A stretch of 64,000 bases of DNA from a virus. The DNA is taken from positions 1 to 64,000 of the IMG/VR virus record IMGVR_UViG_3300042308_001371. One strand, 5' to 3'. The translations under genes and the position numbers were made by a program. The notes under the pieces are model-generated. The model did not search any database, had not been told where the DNA came from, and was given only the letters and a program-made list of their open reading frames with translations. Positions within the stretch are counted from its first letter, which is position 1, and each line of letters begins with the position of its first letter. This document shows, one piece after another, positions 47,543 to 56,722 of the stretch.

Positions 47543-48307
47543 TTAAAATGTTAAGTTCATTTTTCTACTTGTAGATCCCAACTGCTTTTTAATTTTAGAC
47601 ATATTTTCAGGTTTTACATTTCTTTCAAAACGTATACTTAAAGGTGCTGAAATTAAAGGACACTTAGAATACGTAACAGTAGCATTTCCAAATATACTTG
47701 CAATTGATTCAGAATGTGTTTGCTTAAACAACTTCTTACTACATGTAACATTAGCAACCTCATCAGCATGGCCAGCTTTTACAGCATTATCTCCAAACAA
47801 CCACAGTTCATTAATGATAGCTGCGTCATAATCAGCTTTAGACATTCCAGACCTCTTCGATGCTGCATCTGACATTTTAGATAGTAATGCTTGAATATGG
47901 GTTAGTCTTGAATTTAACTCTCCGGGAACTTGACCAGAGATACCTGAAACAGATCCTCTGTGACTCATAAGAGTTCCAGATGGTGTGATATACCTTGCTC
48001 CAAGCTCTTGAACAATTTGATATCCCATAGATGCTGCAAAAATAGTAACTGTGTGTATTTTAATATTAAGAGCTTTAATAATATCAATAAATTGTAATCC
48101 AGCAGTTACAGAACCGCCCGGTGTATCCATAACTAGGTATAGTTCCTTTTCACTAAACGACTTTTCAATAATTTCTACAGTCTTCTTAGAAACGTACCCA
48201 TCAGACACCGCCTGATTAAATACTACACAATTCTTTTCATTTAGTTCAATATCTTTAGCATGTACCATAGTTGACAATAGGGTTAGACTTAATAAAATTC
48301 TAAGCAT
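47543..48307 (-). CDS. ClpP-family (S14-like) serine protease with signal peptide
   Basis: DTPGGSVTAG, AASMG (Ser), LMSH (His); GGAG before ATG 48307; MLRILLSLTLLSTMVHA leader. Confidence 0.8.
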   Translation of the reverse strand: MLRILLSLTLLSTMVHAKDIELNEKNCVVFNQAVSDGYVSKKTVEIIEKSFSEKELYLVMDTPGGSVTAGLQFIDIIKALNIKIHTVTIFAASMGYQIVQELGARYITPSGTLMSHRGSVSGISGQVPGELNSRLTHIQALLSKMSDAASKRSGMSKADYDAAIINELWLFGDNAVKAGHADEVANVTCSKKLFKQTHSESIASIFGNATVTYSKCPLISAPLSIRFERNVKPENMSKIKKQLGSTSRKMNLTF

Positions 48308-48382
48308 GAATACTCCATAAAATGAAACAAACAAAATCGTTTGTAAATAAAATATACTAAATTAGTAAACAAATAACAAGGA

Positions 48383-48688
48383 TTATTTTATTAAAATAAC
48401 TCCATTATCAAAACCGCCTCTTTCCAAGCACTTATCTTCTCTTTTTTTAAATACTTCTTCTACAATATTTTGCTTAACTACTAAAGCTTTTAAAACTTCT
48501 AAAACATCAGCTAACTCTTCTATCAGATTTTCATTACTGGTAGCATTTAATACCTCATTAGCTTCTTCTACTAATTTATTCTTTAATAATAAAAGCATTT
48601 CATCTTCGGAAGCTACTCTAGTAACTAAAGTATCTCCTCTCTCCTTAAATACAAACTCCACAATTTTATCTCTTACCAACTTTTCCAT
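48383..48688 (-). CDS. MazG/PRA-PH-like NTP pyrophosphohydrolase
   Basis: KLVRDKI...KLVEEANE...EELADVLEV...RGGF. Confidence 0.85.
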   Translation of the reverse strand: MEKLVRDKIVEFVFKERGDTLVTRVASEDEMLLLLKNKLVEEANEVLNATSNENLIEELADVLEVLKALVVKQNIVEEVFKKREDKCLERGGFDNGVILIK

Positions 48689-48843
48689 TAAAATAACTCT
48701 TTTCCAAGGGATGTTTTTTTTAATTCTATCTCTGCTTCACGAATACTAAGGATCTCTATAGCTTCTTCTACAGATAAACAATTAGACTCTAGTAAAATCA
48801 TTAGTATTCGAATATCAGGGATACTAGAAGTAGGAAAGCTCAT
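48688..48843 (-). CDS. 51-aa protein absent from ORF track, C-terminal tag family (TSLGKELF)
   Basis: Hand translation MSFPTSSIPDIRILMILLESNCLSVEEAIEILSIREAEIELKKTSLGKELF*; ATGA and TAATG overlaps. Confidence 0.8.
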   Translation of the reverse strand: MSFPTSSIPDIRILMILLESNCLSVEEAIEILSIREAEIELKKTSLGKELF

Positions 48844-49232
48844 TTCTTATTCTCTCTTCTTGCTAAAGCCCTATCACCGCTTTCGGATAGACTTTTAGAT
48901 TTATGACATAGCCAGCATATAGACTGAACATTGTCCTCATCACAGAATAGCCTACTTATGACTTTATTCCAATCCTTATCTTTCCCAGAATCCTCTACTG
49001 GCACAACTGGATCAATATGGTCAACATCCATTTTACCAGCAATTGCAGAAGGATGCTCAATTTGGATATACTCTATAGATCTTTTACCAGTATAGATTAT
49101 TTGCTCACACAAGGGACACTGGTGTAGCTCTGGACCTATCTTAGTCTTTTTTTTCGCTTTTAATATCGGACTCCACTGCTTTGTTAACTTTCTCAACGCT
49201 GACATTATTTTTGCTTGGAATCGTTTGTCCAT
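48840..49232 (-). CDS. HNH endonuclease
   Basis: CPLC...DVDHIDPVV...NVQSICWLCHKSK. Confidence 0.85.
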   Translation of the reverse strand: MDKRFQAKIMSALRKLTKQWSPILKAKKKTKIGPELHQCPLCEQIIYTGKRSIEYIQIEHPSAIAGKMDVDHIDPVVPVEDSGKDKDWNKVISRLFCDEDNVQSICWLCHKSKSLSESGDRALARRENKK

Positions 49233-49587
49233 CCAGTTTCTCCAGTTTCTTTACTTCAAGTCTTGGTCTAATTTTTTCTTCGACCTTTAATTCAATCTTC
49301 TTCTCACTATGTCTAACAAGTTTATCTTTAATCTCAGTTAGTCCGTAGTCTTGCAGTTGATTGAATTGATCAACTTGTGGAAAACTTTTAGAAACGAATG
49401 GGCTTCTAAACCAATCACCCACTGTCGCTAAATATAACTGTCCATCATCAGCTTCAATCAATGTACCTGAACTATGAGACAGGATAGTTGCTTTCTTAGG
49501 AACTACCCAATGCCTAGCTGCAGCATTTAGCGAATCACTATTTACTACTTGATCTAAAGTTACTTTCATTGTTCTAACTACATTCAT
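49141..49587 (-). CDS. Hypothetical protein
   Basis: 148 aa; GAGG RBS. Confidence 0.65.
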   Translation of the reverse strand: MNVVRTMKVTLDQVVNSDSLNAAARHWVVPKKATILSHSSGTLIEADDGQLYLATVGDWFRSPFVSKSFPQVDQFNQLQDYGLTEIKDKLVRHSEKKIELKVEEKIRPRLEVKKLEKLDGQTIPSKNNVSVEKVNKAVESDIKSEKKD

Positions 49588-49750
49588 CGTTTACCTCTAT
49601 ATAATCTTCGTTATTTGCCAAAATTCTAATATAATGCTCTGTCTCATCAACAGAAAGCTTTCCACAACTACAACTTACAAATTGTCCGGGATATGATGAG
49701 TAAACTAAATCTGAACATTTTAAACACATGAATTTAGTTTTTTTAAACAT
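49574..49750 (-). CDS. 58-aa zinc-ribbon protein absent from ORF track
   Basis: Hand translation MFKKTKFMCLKCSDLVYSSYPGQFVSCSCGKLSVD... Confidence 0.75.
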   Translation of the reverse strand: MFKKTKFMCLKCSDLVYSSYPGQFVSCSCGKLSVDETEHYIRILANNEDYIEVNDECS

Positions 49751-49752
49751 AT

Positions 49753-50034
49753 CTATCCCTTCTTTTTAACTGCTCTAAATCCACAAGCAGATTTACATAA
49801 TTCTAAAAATCCCATGGGTAATTCAGTTATAGAAACTTCGGCTCCACATTTAGGACATTCGTTACACGTATATTTTTTAATCTTTTCAACAGATTTCTCT
49901 ACTTTAAACACCTTAACATCTTTATTTTTATCTTGCAACAACTTTTTTAGTTTATCTATTTGTTTTTTTAAATCTTCTATCTCTCTTTCAAGTTCATATT
50001 CAATTTCTAAATTAGGCTTTCTTTTTCGTCCCAT
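49753..50034 (-). CDS. Coiled-coil plus zinc-ribbon protein
   Basis: CPKC...CKSAC; AAGGAG RBS. Confidence 0.7.
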   Translation of the reverse strand: MGRKRKPNLEIEYELEREIEDLKKQIDKLKKLLQDKNKDVKVFKVEKSVEKIKKYTCNECPKCGAEVSITELPMGFLELCKSACGFRAVKKKG

Positions 50035-50391
50035 ACTACTCTCCTTAGAAAGTAAACTTGATTTATTTATACTTCAAATCTGATAGTTCTTTTTCTAAAT
50101 CTTTTATCCTTTTTTTATATTTAGCTAAAATTCTTTTATTAATAATAGATTGTTTAATAAAAACATATGACATAGATATAATAGATAGTACGAGTGAAAT
50201 TATTAACACTAATCTTCCTTTAATTTCGCTTCTCTTTAACTTCGTACACTACCCCATCAATATACACTATATTTGTTTTAAGGCTAGTTTTAGATACAAA
50301 TTCCTTAGTTATTACCCATCCGGTAATACCCATCATAATTACAAATGCAAGATACATACCTATCAGAAAACTATTCGTACATTTAATTAAT

Positions 50392-50652
50392 CTATTCACT
50401 AGTTACCTCATCAATAGTTTTTTTCCTAAGTTCATAGTAATCTTGATTAGTTTGCTGCGCAAGCATTTTAATAAGATAATTTATAGCTTTTTTTAAATCC
50501 TGCTCCCCATTCTTGTGCCTGTATCTAGCAATATACTTAACAACTGCCCCCTGCATATAATCAAATCCCATGCCAGTTATAGCATCCCAAACTTCAATAG
50601 TTCCATTATTATATCTCGATGGTCTAGCAATTGTTTCTGATTCTTTTGACAT
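50392..50652 (-). CDS. DUF3310-like protein
   Basis: PSRY...IEVWDAI...GAVVKYIARYRHKNGEQDLKKA. Confidence 0.85.
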   Translation of the reverse strand: MSKESETIARPSRYNNGTIEVWDAITGMGFDYMQGAVVKYIARYRHKNGEQDLKKAINYLIKMLAQQTNQDYYELRKKTIDEVTSE

Positions 50653-50663
50653 TAATACACTCC

Positions 50664-50897
50664 CTATAAGTTAAGTGTTGAAGCGGATTCATTCAATCTT
50701 TGTTTAACCATATCTTCAGATATGTGTAGCAGATCAGCAATGTCTGATACAGATTCCCCACTAATATACAACATGCATACATACCAGTTAGACTCTATAA
50801 AATAGTTGGTATCCACTGTTAGTCTAATCTCAGATACGGTGGGATACTTATAAATAATTCTATGAATTTTAAATATAATTCTAGCTATTGTTTTCAT
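50664..50897 (-). CDS. Small HTH-like protein
   Basis: SGESVSDIADLLHISEDMVKQRL. Confidence 0.55.
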   Translation of the reverse strand: MKTIARIIFKIHRIIYKYPTVSEIRLTVDTNYFIESNWYVCMLYISGESVSDIADLLHISEDMVKQRLNESASTLNL

Positions 50898-51226
50898 TAT
50901 CTTAAAAAGAAATTAAGTATTTGATCTACCATTAAATACATCTCTGCTCCATGTTCTCCGAATATTTCAGCACAAACTTCCTCCATTTGATCTGCGGTTA
51001 AGCTAGAAGAATTAATACTGCAACACATTACATAAGCATGCATAAGTTCATGTCTAATGTAGTCAGGAGATAATTCAGATAGCTTAAAGTATATTTCGTG
51101 ATCTTTGGTATAAGTAATTGCGTGACTATCTGTACCATGCTTCCTATTATAAGTAGAACTAGCCTGAGCATAGAATTTCCATTCTATACCTTTTATCTTG
51201 GCTGTAAAAAATTTAGGCCTATTCAT
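50897..51226 (-). CDS. Small HExxH metallopeptidase-like protein
   Basis: IRHELMHA...EE. Confidence 0.7.
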   Translation of the reverse strand: MNRPKFFTAKIKGIEWKFYAQASSTYNRKHGTDSHAITYTKDHEIYFKLSELSPDYIRHELMHAYVMCCSINSSSLTADQMEEVCAEIFGEHGAEMYLMVDQILNFFLR

Positions 51227-51264
51227 TATAGATCTCCACGATCATTTTTAAATTAAAACATATA

Positions 51265-51516
51265 CTAATATCTATGGTTATGTTTTCTTCTACAGTAAGA
51301 AGAGCAGTACATTACAGCATATCCTTTTTTAGTTTCATGTATATAATAATTAGAATTTACATAATGAAATACCATAATAGCAGTCTTAGCTGATATAGGC
51401 ATAACAACTCTAGATGGTGCTTTAATGCTTCTAGAACAGCAGGAGCATAATACCATACCATCTAATCTTCTTCTTATCGGCTGATTTACAATCTTTCCAT
51501 CTATGTTGTAGCTCAC
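51265..51516 (-). CDS. Zinc-binding hypothetical protein
   Basis: CSCC...YCSSYC. Confidence 0.6.
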   Translation of the reverse strand: MSYNIDGKIVNQPIRRRLDGMVLCSCCSRSIKAPSRVVMPISAKTAIMVFHYVNSNYYIHETKKGYAVMYCSSYCRRKHNHRY

Positions 51517-51713
51517 TTTAGCCTTTTAATAAGTTCTTCTGACTCTCCATCTAACTCACCTCTAATATACTCCCCAATAACTAATCCGTCAATCCAAAGT
51601 ATATCCGAGTTTGATTTTACAATTGGAGCTACAAATTCTAAAGCTTTCTTTTTGCTATTAAAAGTTTTTTGTTTAGGAGTGCAGTCGTCTACGTACAAAA
51701 CTGTATACTTCAT
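51513..51713 (-). CDS. Hypothetical protein
   Basis: 66 aa; AGGAG RBS. Confidence 0.65.
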   Translation of the reverse strand: MKYTVLYVDDCTPKQKTFNSKKKALEFVAPIVKSNSDILWIDGLVIGEYIRGELDGESEELIKRLK

Positions 51714-51714
51714 T

Positions 51715-52500
51715 TTATTTACTCCTATAAGCTTTTAATGCATCCTGTACAACTTCAGTCTTATCGAACTCAGATAGAACTATAAATAATTCTTCTGTAG
51801 CAAGTACGTCCATTTTGTTGTACAGCTCCATTTCTTTCCATGCAGCAACATTACCTTTACCACACTCGTCCCACAGCATGAATCCCGGAAACTTACTATG
51901 TGCTAACTTCTTAAGCTTACAGAACTTCTTAGACATCCACTCAAGCTTATTGCTAACAAATTTAAAATGTTTTTTAGCTAATTTTAAAGTATCTATTTTT
52001 TTATAATCACTAGGACTTCCTAGTTTATATTCTAAGAACTTAGCATTGAGCTTTTTAATATCAAAACTATCAGAATTTTGACCTATGATGATATCAGCCT
52101 CATCCATTAACTTCCAAATAGGCTTTAGTAGTTCCTTTTCTTTTGACTTATTGCCCTTAACATCTTTATAAAGAACCTCATTAGAATCAATCCACTTAGC
52201 ACTCCAAGAGAAGATGCCGCCTTCATCTACTATCTGATTAAGGGATATATTTTGATCAAATAACCCCCAAACCTTAGCAGTCATGGGTTTAGTTTCAATA
52301 TCTAGAATTAATACTTTTCTAGGTGATTTTTCAATAGAAGAGCCATACACTTCGATGCAATGCTTTATAGAATCCTGAGTTCTTACATTAGCAGGGTATT
52401 TGTCATTAAACTTCCTAGCAATATCTTTTCTAGAAAATCCTCTCCTATGAAGATTTAAAACAAAATTAATTTCTTTTGTAAGCCAAGATTTCTTAATCAT
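51715..52500 (-). CDS. RNase H-fold (DEDD) exonuclease with N-terminal HTH-like region
   Basis: LDIET, GQNSDSFD, IDTL, YNKMDV. Confidence 0.85.
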   Translation of the reverse strand: MIKKSWLTKEINFVLNLHRRGFSRKDIARKFNDKYPANVRTQDSIKHCIEVYGSSIEKSPRKVLILDIETKPMTAKVWGLFDQNISLNQIVDEGGIFSWSAKWIDSNEVLYKDVKGNKSKEKELLKPIWKLMDEADIIIGQNSDSFDIKKLNAKFLEYKLGSPSDYKKIDTLKLAKKHFKFVSNKLEWMSKKFCKLKKLAHSKFPGFMLWDECGKGNVAAWKEMELYNKMDVLATEELFIVLSEFDKTEVVQDALKAYRSK

Positions 52501-52796
52501 TCTAGTTCCTTTAATAATCCAGTTTTCTTTTTAATTCTAGACTCGTGGTAATAAGCTTCTATCATTCTAACACCAGTTGCCTTAACTGGTAAACAAAAAT
52601 ATGTATAAGGCCTAGCATTACTGGTTATCATAAGAATTTCAAATTCTATATCACTAATCATAACGTATTCATTTATCTTAAATTTAGGCTTTTTAACCTT
52701 CCTATATATCCAATAGTAAAATTGCACGAACTTGTATCCATGCATGAGTATCATATTTAGCGTAAGTAGTATAGATAGTATAGTAATAGTTACCAT
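52497..52796 (-). CDS. Membrane-anchored small protein, C-terminal tag family (TGLLKELE)
   Basis: N-terminal TM; PKFKINEYV KOW-like. Confidence 0.75.
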   Translation of the reverse strand: MVTITILSILLTLNMILMHGYKFVQFYYWIYRKVKKPKFKINEYVMISDIEFEILMITSNARPYTYFCLPVKATGVRMIEAYYHESRIKKKTGLLKELE

Positions 52797-52927
52797 TACA
52801 ACTTACTTCCTAGTAATATTAAAGTCGATATTAAAGTAATTGCTTGAATTAGTATTTGAGCAAGTTGCAATTTAGATTGTAGTCTTTGAAGTTTAATTCG
52901 TTCTTGATGGTAATTATCTTGGTTCAT
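52796..52927 (-). CDS. 43-aa single-TM protein absent from ORF track
   Basis: MNQDNYHQERIKLQRLQSKLQLAQILIQAITLISTLILLGSKL*; coupled to M15 gene. Confidence 0.6.
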   Translation of the reverse strand: MNQDNYHQERIKLQRLQSKLQLAQILIQAITLISTLILLGSKL

Positions 52928-53346
52928 GGAAGAAATATTCTCTTTTTAGATTTAGGTGGAACAATCTGTAAATGTACCCAATTTGTCATCTTTCCAACTG
53001 TAGCAGACTTATCTTCCATATACAAGTTATATTTAGCAAGAATTTCAGGAGTTAGCTTATTAGCCAAAGATTGATTTTTATCATCTAGAATATCAATAGC
53101 ATTTCCAAGCATATGGTTAGATTTTTTAGCAGCACCCTTAGTAGCAGCATTTACTTCACTTGGACGAAACCCAGAAGATACCTTAGCCTTAGATATACCC
53201 AATCCACTTAATAGAGCATTTACATGAATTAAAAGAGTTTCCAGATTAGATATTACCTCGGGAGTGAGTTCTGGATGAACCTCCCTATCTGGGTAAGATC
53301 CGGAAGAAGTAACGGCATCCTTTAAATTAATCACTCTATCTCCCAA
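52924..53346 (-). CDS. Peptidase M15 family, candidate endolysin
   Basis: SSGFR..N....GA..SNH..G.AID and WVH motifs. Confidence 0.85.
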   Translation of the reverse strand: MGDRVINLKDAVTSSGSYPDREVHPELTPEVISNLETLLIHVNALLSGLGISKAKVSSGFRPSEVNAATKGAAKKSNHMLGNAIDILDDKNQSLANKLTPEILAKYNLYMEDKSATVGKMTNWVHLQIVPPKSKKRIFLP

Positions 53347-53552
53347 GTATAGTATCTAACATCATCTTGATCAGCATGATCTCCGTCCATCATAAAAGAC
53401 CATTCATTAAATGGAGGAAGTACGCCTAATTCTTCAAGCTTATCTAGTATTCTTTCAGCATCCATACCTTCCTTATCATAGTCCTCTGGATAATGATTTC
53501 CAGTAAGTCGTAAGACATTAACTACATGTTCGATGGCTTCACTTCTCTTCAT
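53331..53552 (-). CDS. Hypothetical protein
   Basis: 73 aa; AAGGA RBS. Confidence 0.7.
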   Translation of the reverse strand: MKRSEAIEHVVNVLRLTGNHYPEDYDKEGMDAERILDKLEELGVLPPFNEWSFMMDGDHADQDDVRYYTWEIE

Positions 53553-53720
53553 TTTATTCCTTCTAATAAAGCCGTTGGTGTTTTCAGCACCTATCGGGAC
53601 GGAAGCTCCGACATGCTTTTGGACGGCATGCTGACCGCTAGGATTTAAGGTTATTCGCTACGGTTACAAACTAACAAACTCCCGCCCCGCTAGAAGGTTC
53701 CCAAGAACCTACAACAAATA

Positions 53721-54140
53721 CTATAATCTACCTATCTCAGTATACCCCTTACGACTACTAAACTTATTAAGATAAGTCTTGTCATCAGAGTTCTCTATCA
53801 AGTGTATCTTGCCTGTTCTTTGATTCATGTATATAGGTTGATACTCTTCTTTAGTTCTTACAAGAGACCTATTACCAGAGTATTCAATACTTAAACCTTG
53901 ATTCATAAAGGCTTGAATAATCTCATCCTCGATACAAAATCCAAATATATCTCGCAAGATCTCTGATTGGAGAAAGTCCTTATCCAGCTTCCAACCTCCA
54001 ACTTCACCATTAAAATGTTCCATGGCATTCTCAACTGCCCTACTAATAGCTTCTAGGATTTGTTTTTTTGTTTTAGATACACTTTCAACCTGTAAGTCTC
54101 GTTTAACTGTTGCTGACAATACTAGTTTTGTTTGTTTCAT
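53721..54140 (-). CDS. Hypothetical protein
   Basis: Start set at ATGA overlap. Confidence 0.65.
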   Translation of the reverse strand: MKQTKLVLSATVKRDLQVESVSKTKKQILEAISRAVENAMEHFNGEVGGWKLDKDFLQSEILRDIFGFCIEDEIIQAFMNQGLSIEYSGNRSLVRTKEEYQPIYMNQRTGKIHLIENSDDKTYLNKFSSRKGYTEIGRL

Positions 54141-54622
54141 TTCATCTCTCCACAATGAGGACATTTGTAATTATCTACTGTAGACATTTTTCCGCAATGG
54201 TCACAGCTATTGCTCCACATTTTAGCACAGGCTATAGCAAGTTCGCAAGGGAGTAATTCTTTTGGAGCATCGTTAATAATTTCGTCACGTATATGCGGAT
54301 ACTTAGCACATACTATAGTGAAGGCATATTGTATGACTAGCTTCTGCCAGAATCTAATTATAGGAGCAATGTGCTTAAGTGGTTCATTCATTACGTCGAA
54401 TGACCAAAGCCATTTAGGATATCGACTATACATGTATCCGGGATGTGTGAGTGAGTGTAGAGTTCCACTACATAAATATAGATTCCATCTAGCCGTACCA
54501 AACTTTTCTTTACTATGGACACCAATACGTCCATACTTTCTCATTATAGTATGAGCTTCGTTTATAGCTTTATGTAGCGAATCCCAATCAAAGTCTTTAT
54601 CTCCCCAATAGTGACATGGCAT
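54137..54622 (-). CDS. Hypothetical protein with C-terminal zinc ribbon
   Basis: KEKFGTAR motif; CDHC...CPHC. Confidence 0.7.
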   Translation of the reverse strand: MPCHYWGDKDFDWDSLHKAINEAHTIMRKYGRIGVHSKEKFGTARWNLYLCSGTLHSLTHPGYMYSRYPKWLWSFDVMNEPLKHIAPIIRFWQKLVIQYAFTIVCAKYPHIRDEIINDAPKELLPCELAIACAKMWSNSCDHCGKMSTVDNYKCPHCGEMK

Positions 54623-54641
54623 AATATTCCTTTTGAGTCAA

Positions 54642-54875
54642 TTATAAAAGCTCTTTTTCTAAACTTGATATTTTTCTTATAAATTCATCCTCATAGCAAT
54701 AGCACTCATTCACTGGCATCTCGTTAGCTTCCAGATCCAACCATTTAATACTAATAATGCCATCCCTATAGTCTAATATTAAATAATGCGCATCAGCACT
54801 ATCGTCAAACCATATATCCCCAACTTCAAAATTCTTCTTTTCCCCATTTTTCATAAATTTCTTTTTTAACTCCAC
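54642..54875 (-). CDS. Small hypothetical protein, C-terminal tag family (KISSLEKELL)
   Basis: FEVGDIW KOW-like; start uncertain. Confidence 0.75.
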   Translation of the reverse strand: MELKKKFMKNGEKKNFEVGDIWFDDSADAHYLILDYRDGIISIKWLDLEANEMPVNECYCYEDEFIRKISSLEKELL

Positions 54876-55020
54876 ACTTAGTACAATCTTCTACAGTAGA
54901 TATTATAAGTACTGTTTTTTTCCAATTATGGCTACAATACTTCTGCGACCAGTCTGAGTGTTTTTCTGGAACAGGAGGAGGAGGTGGGTAGTCATCGTCA
55001 TCATTATCCATGTACCACAT
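54826..55020 (-). CDS. Small protein with C.H.W...C..CG motif
   Basis: 64 aa. Confidence 0.6.
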   Translation of the reverse strand: MWYMDNDDDDYPPPPPVPEKHSDWSQKYCSHNWKKTVLIISTVEDCTKCGVKKEIYEKWGKEEF

Positions 55021-55469
55021 TAAAACTCCAGTGCTATACCTAAACCGATTCTTTTAGTAGTGTCCAATGTTCCAACAATGGATAAATTACCAAGCAGAGG
55101 AGATACTGCTACTACTCCAAAATTAGTCTTTTCTGAAAATTTGCCAAGATCTTTTAATGCTAATACTCCAATTGTAATATTAGATTTTTTAAATTTAGTC
55201 TCCTCTGAATAAGATACACTTGATTGTGAATCAGAAGAACTGTCTTCTTCTATTGTAGTATCTACAGTTGAGCTTCCATCAGCATTCGTAGTTTCCTTAG
55301 TAGTAGTTACTTTTTTCTTTTTTTCTTTCTTAACTTCAACTTGTACATATTTAATAACTTCTTTAACTTCTTGTTTTGGCTGTATCACAAATCTACCAAC
55401 TAAAAGTGAAATTAGTCCCACTATAAGTAAATTTTTATACTGACTAATATTTTTCATTAAAAATCCCAA
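55020..55469 (-). CDS. Membrane-anchored protein, possibly spanin-like
   Basis: N-terminal TM, charged linker, C-terminal beta strands ending IGLGIALEF. Confidence 0.55.
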   Translation of the reverse strand: MGFLMKNISQYKNLLIVGLISLLVGRFVIQPKQEVKEVIKYVQVEVKKEKKKKVTTTKETTNADGSSTVDTTIEEDSSSDSQSSVSYSEETKFKKSNITIGVLALKDLGKFSEKTNFGVVAVSPLLGNLSIVGTLDTTKRIGLGIALEF

Positions 55470-55484
55470 TAATTTAAATAATCG

Positions 55485-55679
55485 TTATTCGAGTTCTTTT
55501 CCTAGAGAGGTTCTTCGCAGTAACTCCTGACCTAATTCTTCATCCGTAAATTCGCTTAATATAGAGTAGTCTTTTAGATAACCCCAGTACCCATCTATCC
55601 CTACTTTATACGTAGTTAGCTTAGGGTACAATTCCTCTAATTCTATCTTAGTCTTTTTTGTTGTCATCTTTGTTACCAT
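55485..55679 (-). CDS. Small hypothetical protein, C-terminal tag family (TSLGKELE)
   Basis: 64 aa. Confidence 0.7.
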   Translation of the reverse strand: MVTKMTTKKTKIELEELYPKLTTYKVGIDGYWGYLKDYSILSEFTDEELGQELLRRTSLGKELE

Positions 55680-55833
55680 TTGAAAAAGTTAAGTCTAGCA
55701 GCATACATAAAATGACGGTTAATCCCATGGCTGTTAGTAAACTTGCGCCAATTCCCAAATGACCAGCTTTATACACTGCACCCATAGTTTGACCTACAAT
55801 AAATCCTAATCCAAGTTTAAAAAAATAAATCAT
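55648..55833 (-). CDS. Small two-TM membrane protein
   Basis: AAGGAG before ATG 55833. Confidence 0.6.
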   Translation of the reverse strand: MIYFFKLGLGFIVGQTMGAVYKAGHLGIGASLLTAMGLTVILCMLLDLTFSNGNKDDNKKD

Positions 55834-55852
55834 ATATCTCCTTATAATAATC

Positions 55853-56155
55853 TTAGCATAAGAATTCTTTAATACGCTCAAGCAGGGATAGCTTACGTAC
55901 ATCCTCAATACAGTACCACATGGTATAATAGAAATACATGCCAGCATTATTGAATTTCCAACACACTTTTACCTGATCAGGCTCAACTATAATAACTTTA
56001 CCAGTTCCAAGTATAGCTAAAGACTCACATAGCATTTGCTCAAAAGAAGAAGCATTCACTCCTCCACGAAGTTGCCAACCATCAAATGCGTCATCAATGT
56101 TATGATAAAAATTAAATCCTCTACTAGTCATCTTAACAAGTGCGCCTTTTTTCAT
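55853..56155 (-). CDS. Hypothetical protein (KOW/SH3-like start)
   Basis: MKKGALVK. Confidence 0.65.
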   Translation of the reverse strand: MKKGALVKMTSRGFNFYHNIDDAFDGWQLRGGVNASSFEQMLCESLAILGTGKVIIVEPDQVKVCWKFNNAGMYFYYTMWYCIEDVRKLSLLERIKEFLC

Positions 56156-56349
56156 CTTAGCCTAACCTCAGTTCCATCAACTTCTATAGTTGGAGTATTT
56201 AAGTATTCAATTCCAAGGATTTGCCCATCCTTATCGTAGTCAATATAGTATGCACCAGATTGCAATGTTTTGTCAACATGTTCCCCACTCTTTAATTCTC
56301 GTAGCGTTACGTAAGTAGCTCCTGCTCTGGAGTCGTAGGTTATTCTCAT
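56152..56349 (-). CDS. DUF2283-like protein
   Basis: MRITYD....YV.L...IDYDKDGQILGIE. Confidence 0.8.
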   Translation of the reverse strand: MRITYDSRAGATYVTLRELKSGEHVDKTLQSGAYYIDYDKDGQILGIEYLNTPTIEVDGTEVRLR

Positions 56350-56350
56350 T

Positions 56351-56605
56351 TTAAACCTCTCCCACTTTCTCACGTGCTTCATGAATAATTACGTGAATGT
56401 CACTATTGAAATACTTCATGTCATCATTGGAGCTATCGATCTTAACCAGTGCATCTCGCATAATCTCATTCTGCGCTTGAAGCTTTTCAACTTCATCCTG
56501 CATAAACCCGGCACCTGCGATGAAGCTTTCAATTGCATCTTCCTCAATTAATTCTGGTCTGCGAAATGAATATGTTCTCGCCGCATCTTCGATTCTAGTT
56601 TTCAT
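56351..56605 (-). CDS. Hypothetical protein
   Basis: SFIAGA.F motif plus coiled coil. Confidence 0.65.
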   Translation of the reverse strand: MKTRIEDAARTYSFRRPELIEEDAIESFIAGAGFMQDEVEKLQAQNEIMRDALVKIDSSNDDMKYFNSDIHVIIHEAREKVGEV

Positions 56606-56722
56606 TTTCTATACCCTATTGGAAATAGCCTGTAATTCCTATCAGTGAAACAGGCAGTTAGCCATACAAAGCCTTTAGGATTGCCATTCACATTATTGAT
56701 GGAGTAAGTAAAGCAAATGAAC

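Noticed and set aside
45533-48307. Canonical phage-encoded ClpXP protease
   Set aside because: ClpX lacks the IGF loop and the ClpP-like protein appears exported, so a standard complex is not supported.
53133-53142. CACCCTTAGT as a late promoter
   Set aside because: Inside and antisense to the M15 gene with no + strand gene downstream; the intragenic CACCCTTAAT at 25307 is likewise left uncalled.
55853-56155. Seventeenth tag member (KLSLLERIKEFLC)
   Set aside because: Similar residues but wrong register relative to the stop codon; not counted.
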